64,000 nt of DNA from Rhizophagus irregularis. Lineage: Eukaryota. Location: assembly GCF_026210795.1 (NCBI RefSeq), contig NC_089431.1, forward strand, positions 2,914,001 through 2,978,000, given 5' to 3'. Position numbers and translations under genes: made by a program. Positions 52,083 through 64,000 of this stretch are shown in pieces. The notes beneath the pieces were generated by a model, which did not search any database, was not told the origin of the DNA, and worked only from the letters and a program-made list of their open reading frames with translations. Within the stretch, counting starts at the first letter, position 1, and each line of letters starts with the position of its first letter.

Positions 52083-53510
52083 TCATATTAACCTTGACAT
52101 CGCATCAGCATTCTTATTTTCTTTTCCTGGTCTATGTATTATCTCAAAATCATATTGTTGTAATTCCATCATCCATCTTCCTCTTCTTCCTTTAGAAACT
52201 TTTGATGTACTTATAAATCCTTTTAATGCTGCATGGTCTGTTATTACTTTAAATTTTCTTCCAAATAAATATTTATGAAAATATTTTATTCCCCAAAATA
52301 CTGCTAAACATTCTAATTCTGTTATCGGATATCTCTTTTCTGCATTTACTAAACTTCTACTTGCATAACTAATAACTATTTCTCTATTATTTTCATCTAA
52401 TTGTTCTAATATAGCTCCTAATCCTTCTCCTGATGCATCTGTTATTAATATAAATTCTTTTTCAAAATTTGGATGTTGTAATATCGGATAATTTATTAAT
52501 TTTTCTTTTAATTCTTCTAATGCTTTTTGTTGTTTATCTGTCCATACAAAAGGAACATTCTTTCTCGTTAATTCCATTATTGGTTTTACTATTTTTGAAT
52601 ATCCTTTCACAAATTTTCTATAATATGAACATAATCCATTTATTTCTCTTATTTGTTTGATATTCTTTGGCGGTTTTAAATTTTTAATCTTCTCTATTTT
52701 CTTATTATCTGGTTTTAATCCATCTGTTCCTACTATATGTCCTAAATATTCTACATTCTTTTTCGCCCATTCACATTTCTTTAATTTTAACATCATATCC
52801 GCTTTTCTTAATTCTTCTAATACTATCTTTATATGTTGTAAATGTTCGTTCCAATTTTTCGAATATATTATAATATCATCTATATATACGTTCATAAATT
52901 TATCTAAGTATTCTTTAAATATTTTATTCATTGTTCTTTGAAATATTGCCGGTGCGTTTTTTAATCCAAACGGCATAACATTAAATTCGTATAGTCCTTG
53001 ACTACAAATAAATGCTGTCTTTTCTTTATCTTCTCCTTTCATCTCTATTTGCCAATATCCACTTGCTAAATCAATTGTTGTAAACCATTTTGCTACTCTA
53101 AATTTTTCTAATAAGTCGTCTATCCTTGGCAAAGGGTATGCGTCTGTTATAGTCATTTGATTTATTTTTCTAAAATCTATACAAAATCTTTTATCTCCTG
53201 TCTTCTTATTTACTATTACTACTGGTGACGACCATGGACTACATGATTCTTGTATTATTCCTTCTTTTAACATTTTATCTATTTCTCTTTTTATTATTTC
53301 TCTATTTTCTGTACTTTCTCTATATGCTTTTTGATTTATTGGCGTTTCATCTTTCAATCTTATATTACATTCTATTATATTTGTTTTACTTATTTTCTTA
53401 TCCCCATATATACAAATATCTTCGTATTCTTTAACTAAATCTTTTAATTCTTTCTCTTGTAATTTCTCTAAATCTTTATATTTTATTTCGTCTGTCCAAT
53501 CTTTGTGCAT
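52083..53510 (-). CDS. Reverse transcriptase and RNase H of the Gypsy element
   Basis: SPWSSPVVIV, RFCIDFR, YPLPRIDDL, DLASGYWQI, MPFGLKNAP, YIDD, TDAS, ELECLA, TDH and NADAMSR. Confidence 0.97.
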   Translation of the reverse strand: MHKDWTDEIKYKDLEKLQEKELKDLVKEYEDICIYGDKKISKTNIIECNIRLKDETPINQKAYRESTENREIIKREIDKMLKEGIIQESCSPWSSPVVIVNKKTGDKRFCIDFRKINQMTITDAYPLPRIDDLLEKFRVAKWFTTIDLASGYWQIEMKGEDKEKTAFICSQGLYEFNVMPFGLKNAPAIFQRTMNKIFKEYLDKFMNVYIDDIIIYSKNWNEHLQHIKIVLEELRKADMMLKLKKCEWAKKNVEYLGHIVGTDGLKPDNKKIEKIKNLKPPKNIKQIREINGLCSYYRKFVKGYSKIVKPIMELTRKNVPFVWTDKQQKALEELKEKLINYPILQHPNFEKEFILITDASGEGLGAILEQLDENNREIVISYASRSLVNAEKRYPITELECLAVFWGIKYFHKYLFGRKFKVITDHAALKGFISTSKVSKGRRGRWMMELQQYDFEIIHRPGKENKNADAMSRLI

Positions 53511-53542
53511 CTTTAATGTCTCTCCATTATTATGGCCAAGAC

Positions 53543-54110
53543 CTAGTAGTTTTCCTCTATAATATGTCCTTTTTCTTCATTATTTATTAAATATATTTCT
53601 CGTTCACTTGTTTCTTCATATTCATTTTCACTATCATCATCTTCACTATCATCACTATCATTATCGTCATTAATATTTTCGTCATTATTTTCATATTCTA
53701 TTGGTATTTCAATATCTTTTCCATCTTCTTTTAATATTAATATCTTTTCATTATAATCTATTATTCCTTTCTTTTCTCTTAACACATCATTTCCTAATAT
53801 TAATTCTTTTTCTACTGATTCAATTACGTCCATAATTATTTTCATTTTTGTATTTTCATTTATTTCTATTGTTATTTCTATTTTTCCTTTTGATGCAACT
53901 CTTGTTCCATTAGCCATTATAAATCTAATATCACTCTTTTCTATTATTGGAATATTTAATTCTTTTCTTAATCTATCTGATATTAAACTAACTGATGCTC
54001 CCTGAATCTATTATTATTGATACTAATTTTCCTTTTATTATAACTTCACTTCATCGCTCTAGTTTCACTTTTATTATCTGCACTTTTTATTTGTTGGTCC
54101 AGAGTGTAGT
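53543..54110 (-). CDS. Retropepsin aspartic protease (frameshifted)
   Basis: IIDSG(A)S at ~54000 carries one extra G. Followed by MANG and LILGND. Confidence 0.75.
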
Positions 54111-57100
54111 CATGCATTATCATCTTCATTATAATTTCTAGCTATTCTTCTAAATTTTGGATTTTCATTGTAAATTTGTCCATACGTTATATTCGCTTTT
54201 TCATTATACATATCCATTACATATTTTTCTGGTGGTACATTAACTCGTACTCTAATATTTTTATTTCCTCTTTTCATTCCTGGGTTTGGACATTCTCTTA
54301 TAAAATGACCTGTTACTCCACATCTTTCACATCGGTTATGTCTTCTTCTTGATTGATATGCTTTATCTCTATCTTCTTTATTAGAAAATCCTCCTTTTCT
54401 TTCACCATCAATATCCATTTTCATATCATATTCTCTTTTTGGTGGTATTGGGACATCTTCAATTTCCATTTCATTATAGTCATTATCTAAATCTCTTCCA
54501 TATTTTCTACCACTTCTTAAAGTTGGAAATATTTCTTTTTCATAATTATATATTTCGTGATTATTATAATATTCATTATCATTATATCTATTATTATCAT
54601 AATATCTTTCGTGATCCATTAAATTTATATTTCTATTATTATTATTATTATTTCTTCTTTCATTATTATTCCTATTAAAATTATTTTGCGTTCTATAATT
54701 ATTTCTTTGTCTTAATTGTGGACATTCTGGTCTTATATGACCTACTTCATTGCATTCATAGCATCTCATGATCCTTGCATTTCTTGTATTTGTATTTCTA
54801 TTTATATTTCTTCTTTGTTGATTTTTTATTTCATTTAACGTTTCTTCCATAGCTATTTTTTCTGCTCTGAACTGTTCTAACGCTTTACTTAATTCATCAA
54901 TATCTTTTTCATTAACTGGTTTTTGCATTTTCTTATATATTTCATTCTCTTCTTTTTTATTCGTTTCTTCTTTTTAAAATTTCTTCTATATTCTTTTCCT
55001 GTCTTATTTGTTCTATATTTACACCTGTTGTTTTCATTATCAATTCATTTTTAGCTTCTTCTTCTCTTCTTGCTGTATTAATTGCATCATTTAAATTCGT
55101 TGGACTACTTCTTCTAACTTGGTACCCTAATGTAGGTTCTAACCCTTGAATATAATAATTTACTTGATACATATCATGTAATGCTTGACCTCTAGTTGTA
55201 ATTCAATATTGATCTAAATCTTCTAAGTATACTCTTCAACACTTTCATTTTTTTCTTGTTTAATTCTTGTCAATTCCATCATTTTTCTTCTTTTAACATC
55301 TTCTCTAGTAAATCTATTAATTAATTTGTTTTTCAAATTTCTATCATCGTTATGATCACACCAGTTTACTAAATTAGCTGCTACTCTTTCTTTTTCTTCA
55401 TTATACCATTGTAATGCGGTTCCTCTTAAACATGTTATTGCTACATTTGCTTTATTTTGACTACATACACCTCCTCCAACATTTCCTTCTGTTCTTCCAC
55501 TTACTGTAAATGCTACTTCAAATTGTCTAATCCAATCGTTAACATCTTCATCTTCTTTTCCACTAAAAGTTGGCATACCTACTATTCCTCCCATTCCTGC
55601 AGTTTGAATTCTATCTAATAAAGTTTGTCCTGCTCCTAATGCATTATCTAATGCATTAGGTGCGAGTCCTGTAACATTTTCTACTATTCTTCTTATTTGT
55701 GCTTCTGTTGCCATATTTAATAATATATTTTCTTGAAATAAATCTTGTAAATTATAATCAGATATTTCACTTTCGTTATCAGAATCTTTAATATTCAATG
55801 AATTATTCGAATCTGAATTTTGATTCAAACCAAAACCTCCTGTATTTATAACATTTTCATTTTCATTCTCAAATTCATTTTTATTAAAATCTTCAGTATT
55901 TTCTTCCCGAATCTCATATTCTTCTGGATCTAATATTTCTCCAATCTTTTCCGAATTATCTGTATCATCATTTTCTTCTTCAACTTCTTCTTCACTTTCT
56001 TCAATTTCAAATTTCTTTAAATATTCGTCTAATATTCTCTTTATTTCTTTTTCTGATTCATTTTTATATTCTTGAAATTTTCTTATAAAGTCTGCACTTA
56101 ATATATCAACATTTCTATATCCCATACTCATTAATCTTAATAATTCTCCATCGGAAACTTCAATTTCTAAAACTTTGATTAGATTTTTTAACTGTTCTAG
56201 TCTTTTCTCTATTTCTGTTTCATCATCTAATTCATTCTCATCTTTTACATTTTCTAATTCTTTTTCATAACAACTTTTACATATTCTTTCTATAAATTCT
56301 TTGTTGTATTCTACCGCTTCTATTGCTTCTTTCTTTAATATTATTTTATTACACGTTGGACATTCTATTGTATACATATAATGCCATATTCTTAATTCTT
56401 CTTCTATTCCTTTATCATCTAATTCTTCAATAGTTTTGTAAAAACTCATAAATTCTTTAGTTTTTATTATTTCATATTCTACTTTAAAATTTATTATTCG
56501 TCTTATTTCTTCAATATCAATTTCATAACCATTCTCTAACCAATAATTTCTGTATATTCTTTCTATATGTTCATCTCCTTCATTTGAACTTGATTCTCCT
56601 AAATCATCTGAACTTTCTAGTTCTCCTACGTCACTTTGTTCTTCAACAAAACCTTTTGTTTCTACAATTTTCTCTATTATCTTATCTGTTAAATCATCAT
56701 TCATCCATGGTTTTGGATATTTATTTCCATCCCACCATTGATATGTTATACTTTTCTGAAACTTCTTGATTTTCTCTCTATTTTCTTCTTCTGCAATATT
56801 TTCTTCTAAATGTAATATTTCTTTAAAATTTTTCATAGTACCATATCCTTTATTCTTAATAGTTACTGATTCTATTTTTTCTAACCATTCTTCAAATTTT
56901 GCAAATCTTATATCTAATTCGTTATCTTCTATAATATATCTATATGTTAACAATTCCTTATTTCCTAATAAATTTTCTTCTGTTCGGTCGTCTAATATAT
57001 ACTCATTATCTTCACTCAGTATGTAATGTTCACATATTACTTTTATTACCGATATAATTCCTATTTTTCTATAATCTGGTTTATTCCTATACCTAATTGA

Positions 57101-57445
57101 CCTTACAACTATATCTAACAGTTTTTCTCCTTCTTTTCTTATTTTCTCAAATTCTTTATTTCTTTTCTTTCTACTAGATGGATAACTTTCTTCCTCATCC
57201 TTTTTTGTTAGTACTATGTACTCCATTAATTTCATATATGTATTTCTGTTATAACTCATCGCTTCTAATATTACTTTTTGAAAAATCTTCCAAAATCTTT
57301 TAAACCAATCTCCTATCTCTATTTCATCAGTACTATAACATTTTAGACATGAAGGGTCTACTTGATATTCCTTTCTTAGTTCATTATGTTTCTCTATTTC
57401 ATGTCTATTCTTAATCTCTTCTAACTCATCATATATATCAGACAT
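54110..57445 (-). CDS. Gag with a long acidic N-terminal extension, capsid and two CCHC zinc knuckles (frame breaks near 55220 and 54950)
   Basis: PTFSGKEDEDVNDWIRQFE, LRGTALQWY, IKQEKNESVEEY, YIQGL, CYECNEVGHIRPEC and CERCGVTGHFIREC. Confidence 0.85.
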
Positions 57446-59006
57446 TTTTTTTTTTTATTTATTTAAACATTTCATAATTTCACTTTTATTTATATTTTAT
57501 AAAATTTTATCATCATTTAAATTACTATTTTATCTTTTACTTCTTTTAAAATACAATTTAAATTTTAATATTTTCAAAGTTCCAGCTTTGATTCTATAAT
57601 TTCTTTATACATTCTATAATATAATTTATAATCTATAATCACGATTTTATAAACTTTCTATATCTTGCGCAAATAAACTGCGATCAAGAAGCTAGGGATT
57701 ATTTATAACGGGCCGCCTACTAACGTCAGACTAATATGATCAACAACAAAGGCTTATTTATACTGGGTCCTCCAAATCGTACTCTTATTTATACTTACAA
57801 ATAACTGTGATCAAGGCTAGGGATTATTTATAACCGGGGAACCACCCAGTGTCAGACTAATATGATCACCAACAAAGGCTTATTTATACTGGGTCCTCCC
57901 AGTTCCATACACAACATTAAACTTTTAATGACTTTTAATCTTTTTCTTATATTAACTTCCAAAATATTTATTTCAAATCTATTTCATATTATTTTATTTC
58001 TCGCATTTCATTTTATAATTCATTAATATTTTCTTATTATAATTGGATAGCCACGGATTTTTAAGCGATCAACGTACTAAAATTTCTGTTGACATAACGC
58101 CCCTGGCGACACAACTATTTCTTCTATTATATTCTTATTCATTTATATTTTTATTAATCAGTCACCTCTGCCCAGGGCAGCTATATATTTCTTTTACTGC
58201 GCTTCATCACGTGATTTACATTATTCACGTGATTTGTACAACATTTTATTTCGTTTACGCAACATGCTTACACAATTTCTTTTATTATATCATTTTATTT
58301 CATATTATTCATTATTATCTTTTACAATCTTTCATATCATTCTTTTATTGTAATAAAATTATTTTTCGTATATTAAATAACAACATTTCTATATTTCTTA
58401 TATTTACAATATCGTTTAATTTTCTTTTTCATTTAGTAACCTATACCGGGCTTGCCTTTACCTTCTTCATAGAAGTATAGTAGTTTACGGGTTTGTCACT
58501 AATAACTTTTCTTTTCTTATAATACTTTTCAAATTTTTCAATCATTTATTAACTTTTTATTATTCACAAAATTCATTCTCATTATAAATTTTTATTTTCA
58601 TTCAATTTTTAAATCTTTTTCTTTTTATCTTGAATATTTCATTCATCTTTTTGATATATACTTTTTCAATATATCGTATATTTCATTTCTCATATATTCC
58701 GTAATATTCCTTTTTCATAATATTACTTTTACTATATCCTTTTTCATATATAGTAACATTTTTCTCATATTTCAGATAAGTCTTCCTTATCTTATCATTT
58801 CTTTGATGATTTTACATATCATCCTTCCTTTCTTATATTTCTTTGATGATTTCTCATATCATCTTTCCTTTCTTATATTTCTTTGATGATTTCTCATATC
58901 ATCTTTCCTTTCTTATCAATTTTACAGATTTTTTCTTTCATTTTCTCATATACTTTTCTTTTATTTCTTATTTAGATTTTGTATGAAGACAACAATCTTT
59001 TATTTT

Positions 59007-59022
59007 CTCAGAGCATGCACCA
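59007..59022 (-). other. Primer-binding site
   Basis: TGGTGCATGCTCTGAG on the minus strand, 3 nt after the 5' LTR. The TGG is complementary to a tRNA CCA end; the tRNA is not identified. Confidence 0.75.
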
Positions 59023-59025
59023 AAA

Positions 59026-59598
59026 TGTGACACGCCGCCCATAGGATATTAAGATAAAATATCGTATGTTGCCACCGACGTGTTGAGTTCGTATAATATC
59101 TATGCTTGGTTTAAAATAAAATTTAGTTACAAAACATTAATAAACCATTAATTAAAATAATTAATGTGGCACTTTTTACTCATAAGAAAAAGGCAAAAAG
59201 AATGTGTTAGTTTTTATTAAAGGCGAATTAAAAATTTTATTTTTCCCAAAAATTGAACTGCGAATTTCCTATCGAAATCCACTTGTATTTATACATTTTA
59301 AGAAAATCATTTCTACTATCTACTACTCTTTCTCTCTATCAAAATTCTAAGAATAATAAGAAATAAAAGATGTATTATCATATGACTTTCTTGTTACACT
59401 AAACTAAACTATAAATATAATTTTATTGGCTAATTATTTATCCATCGGCTAAATGTTTATCCGTCACTTACTGCGCCATGTGACTTGTCACGTGACTTTT
59501 GTATTCCCAACCATTTCTTCTTGTGTAACCATATCATGTGACCTACTGCGCCACAGGATTTACTGCGTCATTTATTTATTATATTTTCAGTTATTACA
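59026..59598 (-). repeat. 5' LTR (573 bp)
   Basis: Counterpart of 50024-50598. Confidence 0.97.
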
Positions 59599-60928
59599 AT
59601 GCTCATTATACAGAAGTTTAAAGATACTAATTTCTACAAGAAAATAAAGAAAAAAATATTAGTTATATTTTAAATAAAAAAAAATAAAGATAGAAATGAT
59701 GGACTTTTCACAGTAAATTAATTTTCTTTAGTTTATTTGTTTTTTATTTATTTATTTTTTTTAGAATTTATTACTTACTTTTTTTTTCTAAAATCCTTTA
59801 GAAATAACTGCTTCTTCTAAAATGGCAGTTTAGCAATTTTTAGAAGTATAAAATGATAAGTATTTTTATTTTTATTTTTTTATTTTAAGAATATAACTAA
59901 TATTTTTTCCTTTATTTTCTTGTAGAATTTAGCAGAATAATGAGTATAGAATTACAATATTGGTGATATATTAAAATTACTTAAGCATTTTAACATTTGA
60001 TATTGATTTGTAAAATTTTGGCAAGCAATTTTATTTTATATTATATCCATTAGTCTTGTTAATATTTTAAGATTTCTAATATTCAAGCCAATAAACTAAA
60101 TTTTTAATCTGGAATAATAAATAATAAATGGCTAAAAATTTTTTTCTAAAAAAAAAAAACTGGATAGTTATGTTCAAAAAAACTGATTGTGATATGAAAA
60201 TTATTTTTACAACTTTATGTTATCTAATTATTAAACAAATATTATATAATATTAAATTTATTTTTATGTTACTACTATAAAAAAGTTTTTTATATCAAAA
60301 AGTATATACTAACTTGTATTAAAATATAAAAAAACAGTTTATAAATTATTTTTTTTAATAAATCAAATATTTTTTTTTTAAGAGTTAACAAGCGTAGCAG
60401 TCTTTTTATGAATTTTGCTGATTATATTTTAATTTTCTTTTACATAATATAAAATACCGTTATTTTGATTTTTGAATAATTACCTATTAATATATTTTTA
60501 AATTTTGCTAATAAATTCATCCTATAATTGTATATCAGATATATTTTTATTAAAATTAAATTATTACTGATGATAACATTCATATATAATAACATTTTAA
60601 TTAACATAACTATATATTTTATTAAACATAAGTGTTTGAAAAATCTAAAATTATATATAAAAACTATATTTCAAATTATCTGAATTAATAAAAGTTAAAT
60701 TAATATACCTGTATTTAAAATTTTATTAAAATTGAAGGTAAATTGATAAACTTTAATGTACCATTAATGTACTAAAATTAATAACTTAATATATATGTGA
60801 TGATTTTACATTTATTTAAAAAATAAGAATAAAGCATATTTGATAAATTAAAAATTACATTAATTAGTATCACTAATTTTCTATATTTAATAATTCAATT
60901 TGCATAATTATTGATTCTAATAATTAAA

Positions 60929-61107
60929 GGGAAACCGTTCATTTCACTAACAGACATTTCACCAACACATTTTTTTCACCCCCTGTAATGGTCACGTGTA
61001 CATGCATGGCAATACTTGGGCGTGATGTTTAACGCATATTTATCACGTGATATGTATGTGACATTTAGGTGTTAATGAAACGTCTGTTGGTGAAATGATT
61101 CAGACCC
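60929..61107. mobile_element. MITE with ~40-bp TIRs and an 8-9-bp TSD (Mutator- or hAT-like)
   Basis: Left TCATTTCACTAACAGACATTTCACCAACAC resembles the reverse complement of the right end, TCATTTCACCAACAGACGTTTCATTAACAC. GG...CC ends, with AATTAAAG on both flanks. Confidence 0.75.
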
Positions 61108-61362
61108 AATTAAAGTATATTATTAACTTTTTTAAATTATCTAATAAAAAAAATTATTAAATTATTAGATTATTAGATTATTATTTAGATTATTAGATGC
61201 TTATTATTGGTTATAATTTCCAATAATCTAATAGTCTGATAATTTTTTTATTAGGTAATTTATACAAAAAGCTGATAACAGGAATTTGAAAAGTATATTA
61301 AATTCAATAATTAGTATAAAAAATTTACTTTTTTGGAAATTTGTATTTAAATATTTACCATA

Positions 61363-61820
61363 CCATTCCAAAATTAAGCAGTTCTTTTTTTACTATGAGG
61401 TGCTTAATTTCAGATACTTTTAAATAAAGTATTGAATTGTCTTCTATTAGTACGAATTGTCTATATAAAATACTTTAATAATCATCCAATGATTGTTTAA
61501 CGTTATATTATGCCATTTACGTGATATAACACGAATTTAAATATAAATACTATATATGGCAATAGCAAATTCATTAATTTTGATGAAAATCAGTGGCTTA
61601 GAATTTAAATAATATGATGTGTAGCATTGAATTATCTTTTATTGTAAATTCAAAATTTTATTAATAAATTCGTTGCAATTTAGTTGAAATCAATGAATAT
61701 TAATCTAATTTACAAAATTTAATAATAAAAATTAATATTAAATTAATACTGCTTATTTTTTTCAGATACTATACAAAATGCGGGGTGCTTATTTTTGGGT
61801 ACTACTTAATTTCAGAATGG
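61363..61820. mobile_element. pogo/Tigger-like MITE
   Basis: TA|CCATTCCAAAATTAAGCAGT ... ACTACTTAATTTCAGAATGG|TA, with subterminal (g)tgctta(a/t)tttcag repeats. Confidence 0.7.
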
Positions 61821-64000
61821 TATAGTATATACGATTTCAAAATTCTGCTACCTTTCATATAAATCACTCAATAAAATGATTATCAGATTATTAGATTATC
61901 AGATTATTATTTAGATTACTAGATGTTTATTAATTATAATTTCTGATAATCTAATAATTTGATAATTTTTTTTATTAGATGATTTATAGAGGTAGTAGAA
62001 TTTTAAAAAATATGATAAATAAATAAAATTATCCTATTTTTAATAAATTAATTTTTTATATTTTAAAATAAATTTTAGTAGAAATTTTTTAAAAATTTTA
62101 AAATTTTAAAATAAAATTAAAATAAAATTTTTTAATATAAATTTTAAATAATATATTTTAAAATAAATTATTATTGTATAAATATTTTAAAATTTTTAAA
62201 TAAAATTCTAAAAGTATTTTTTAATAGTTTTAAGCAAGAATTTTATTATAATTATTAAATATTATATATATTTAATTTAAAAATTGTATAAAAATATACA
62301 AAATAATCTTTTAATCTAATTGAATTTTTAATTTTATTCTTTTTATAATTAATTGTATATTATTGTATGGATATATTTAATAATAATATAATTATTATTG
62401 AGCATATCTATAAACTATTATATTAATTAAACTTTATAAACTTTATATTAAATAATATTAAATTCAGATTTTAATATTAAATTAATATAACTAATCATGT
62501 AATAAAAAGTATAATTTTATATACAAATACAATTATAATAAATTCAATTCTTATATTAAGCATAATGTATAAAATATCAGTATAATATATATATAATAGT
62601 TCTATAAAGTCATATAATAATTAGTTTTATCTTATATCTACTAATTTATTTGCAATATTAACTAGAATTATTCTTTAATTAATAATTAAAAAAATTTAAT
62701 TAAAGTATTAAAAGTATTAAATAAAAAATATTATAATATTTTAATACAATTTTTATTTAAAAAATATACAGTTTTTTATAATTATTTTACTAATTAATAA
62801 TTTAATTTAATAAGTTACAAAATAAAAAAAAAGTTTATTAAATTGAATTACTAAATAGTAAGATAATTATTATAAACATTTAAGTAAAAATAAAATAGTC
62901 AATATTAATATTATTAATATGATTTTACTACCATTTGATTCATCTTGAAATAATTTATAAATTATCAGATTTTGATTACCAGATGCCAAAATATTCTTAA
63001 AATACTTTTATTATTAAATTTTAATAATTGTAGATAATTATTTAACATTTAATTCAATTATTTTAGCTTTTAAAGGGCTAAAGTCAAATTAATTTTAACT
63101 ATTTTGACTTTTTATAAACCTAATTTCAGTTTTATATATAAATATCATATATATATTTTTTGGCCTTTACATAAAAGTAATGTATTTTTATTATGAAACT
63201 ATATATATATAAAGTACATGAATTATTTACATGAATTATTTTTGAAAGTTATATTTTATCTAACTGGCAAATGTACTTAGTAAGTAAAGAGAAAAAGGCT
63301 ATATTATATAATAAATGAATTAGTAAAAAATCTTTGTAAAAAATTATATAAAAAATAAAAAAAAGAGAATGAAAAAAACTAATATAGTAATATTACTGGG
63401 CAAAACTTATTTAATGAGTTTATTAAATAATGGCAATGGCAAAATTATAATTGATATTATAGCAAAATTTTTAGTAAAATGACAAAACTATATTAAATAC
63501 AGTATATATAAAATGTAGCAAAATAAACTACTATATTAAAATCAACAACCTTATATTTAATTCATCAAACCATTTGAAATTAATTGTTATCATTTCTACT
63601 TTCAATATTTTTAATAGAAATTATTTAAATTTGTAAAACCCAAATTCTTTATTGGTTAAAGATTTTTATTTGCTACAAATGAGTTTACACTATTACATTA
63701 TTAATACTGTTTCAAATACAGTACGTGTCAAATAGCATAATGGATTTCGCGTCGATTAATCATATGGGGAAATTTTATCTTTGAATTATTACAAATAAAT
63801 TAGTTTAAATAACAAATAATATATTCTTGATACCTTTTAAATTAACTATGAGGTAAGTGGTGAATTAGTAATATGGTGTGGATCACAATAGTGAAAAACT
63901 TGAATGAAAATTATAATTTTTCACCGGACCGGAGTTTCGGATATTTAAGATAATTCGGATTAAATATTTAAGAGCTGTTCAAACAAGTTAAAAATTAGGA

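Larger units (their letters stand above)
50024..59598 (-). mobile_element. Full-length Ty3/Gypsy LTR retrotransposon
   Basis: Two near-identical TG...CA LTRs, ATGC direct repeats on both sides (50020-50023 and 59599-59602), PBS and PPT. Domain order is gag-PR-RT-RH-IN. Confidence 0.97.

Noticed and set aside
1..64000. tRNA or rRNA genes
   Set aside because: No cloverleaf or rRNA signature found by eye; the GGTTCGAATC at ~16702 lies inside NUDCD1 coding sequence.

Overview
Very AT-rich eukaryotic DNA with many short GT-AG introns. The gene content and repeat landscape suggest an early-diverging fungus, probably an arbuscular mycorrhizal Glomeromycotina such as Rhizophagus (inference). A gene-dense block at about 2.8-30 kb holds a truncated TKL-type kinase, MRT4, a head-to-head pair of paralogous two-TM proteins (PAC/ENaC-like architecture, one with a long repeat tail), NUDCD1, a BRF2-like TFIIB-family factor, a Bem3-like PX-PH-RhoGAP and IDH1. 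A gene-poor stretch at 30-43 kb contains MITEs and a 104-aa Bni4/neurabin-like PP1 interactor. Next come an intronless NuiA (nuclease A inhibitor)-family gene head-to-head with IMP2, which the ORF track missed. A young full-length Ty3/Gypsy LTR retrotransposon lies at 50024-59598 on the minus strand, with an unusually long Gag N-terminus and an integrase separated from RT-RNase H. Several non-autonomous DNA-transposon relics sit in CpG-depleted flanks. All family assignments come from motifs recognised by eye; no database search was run.
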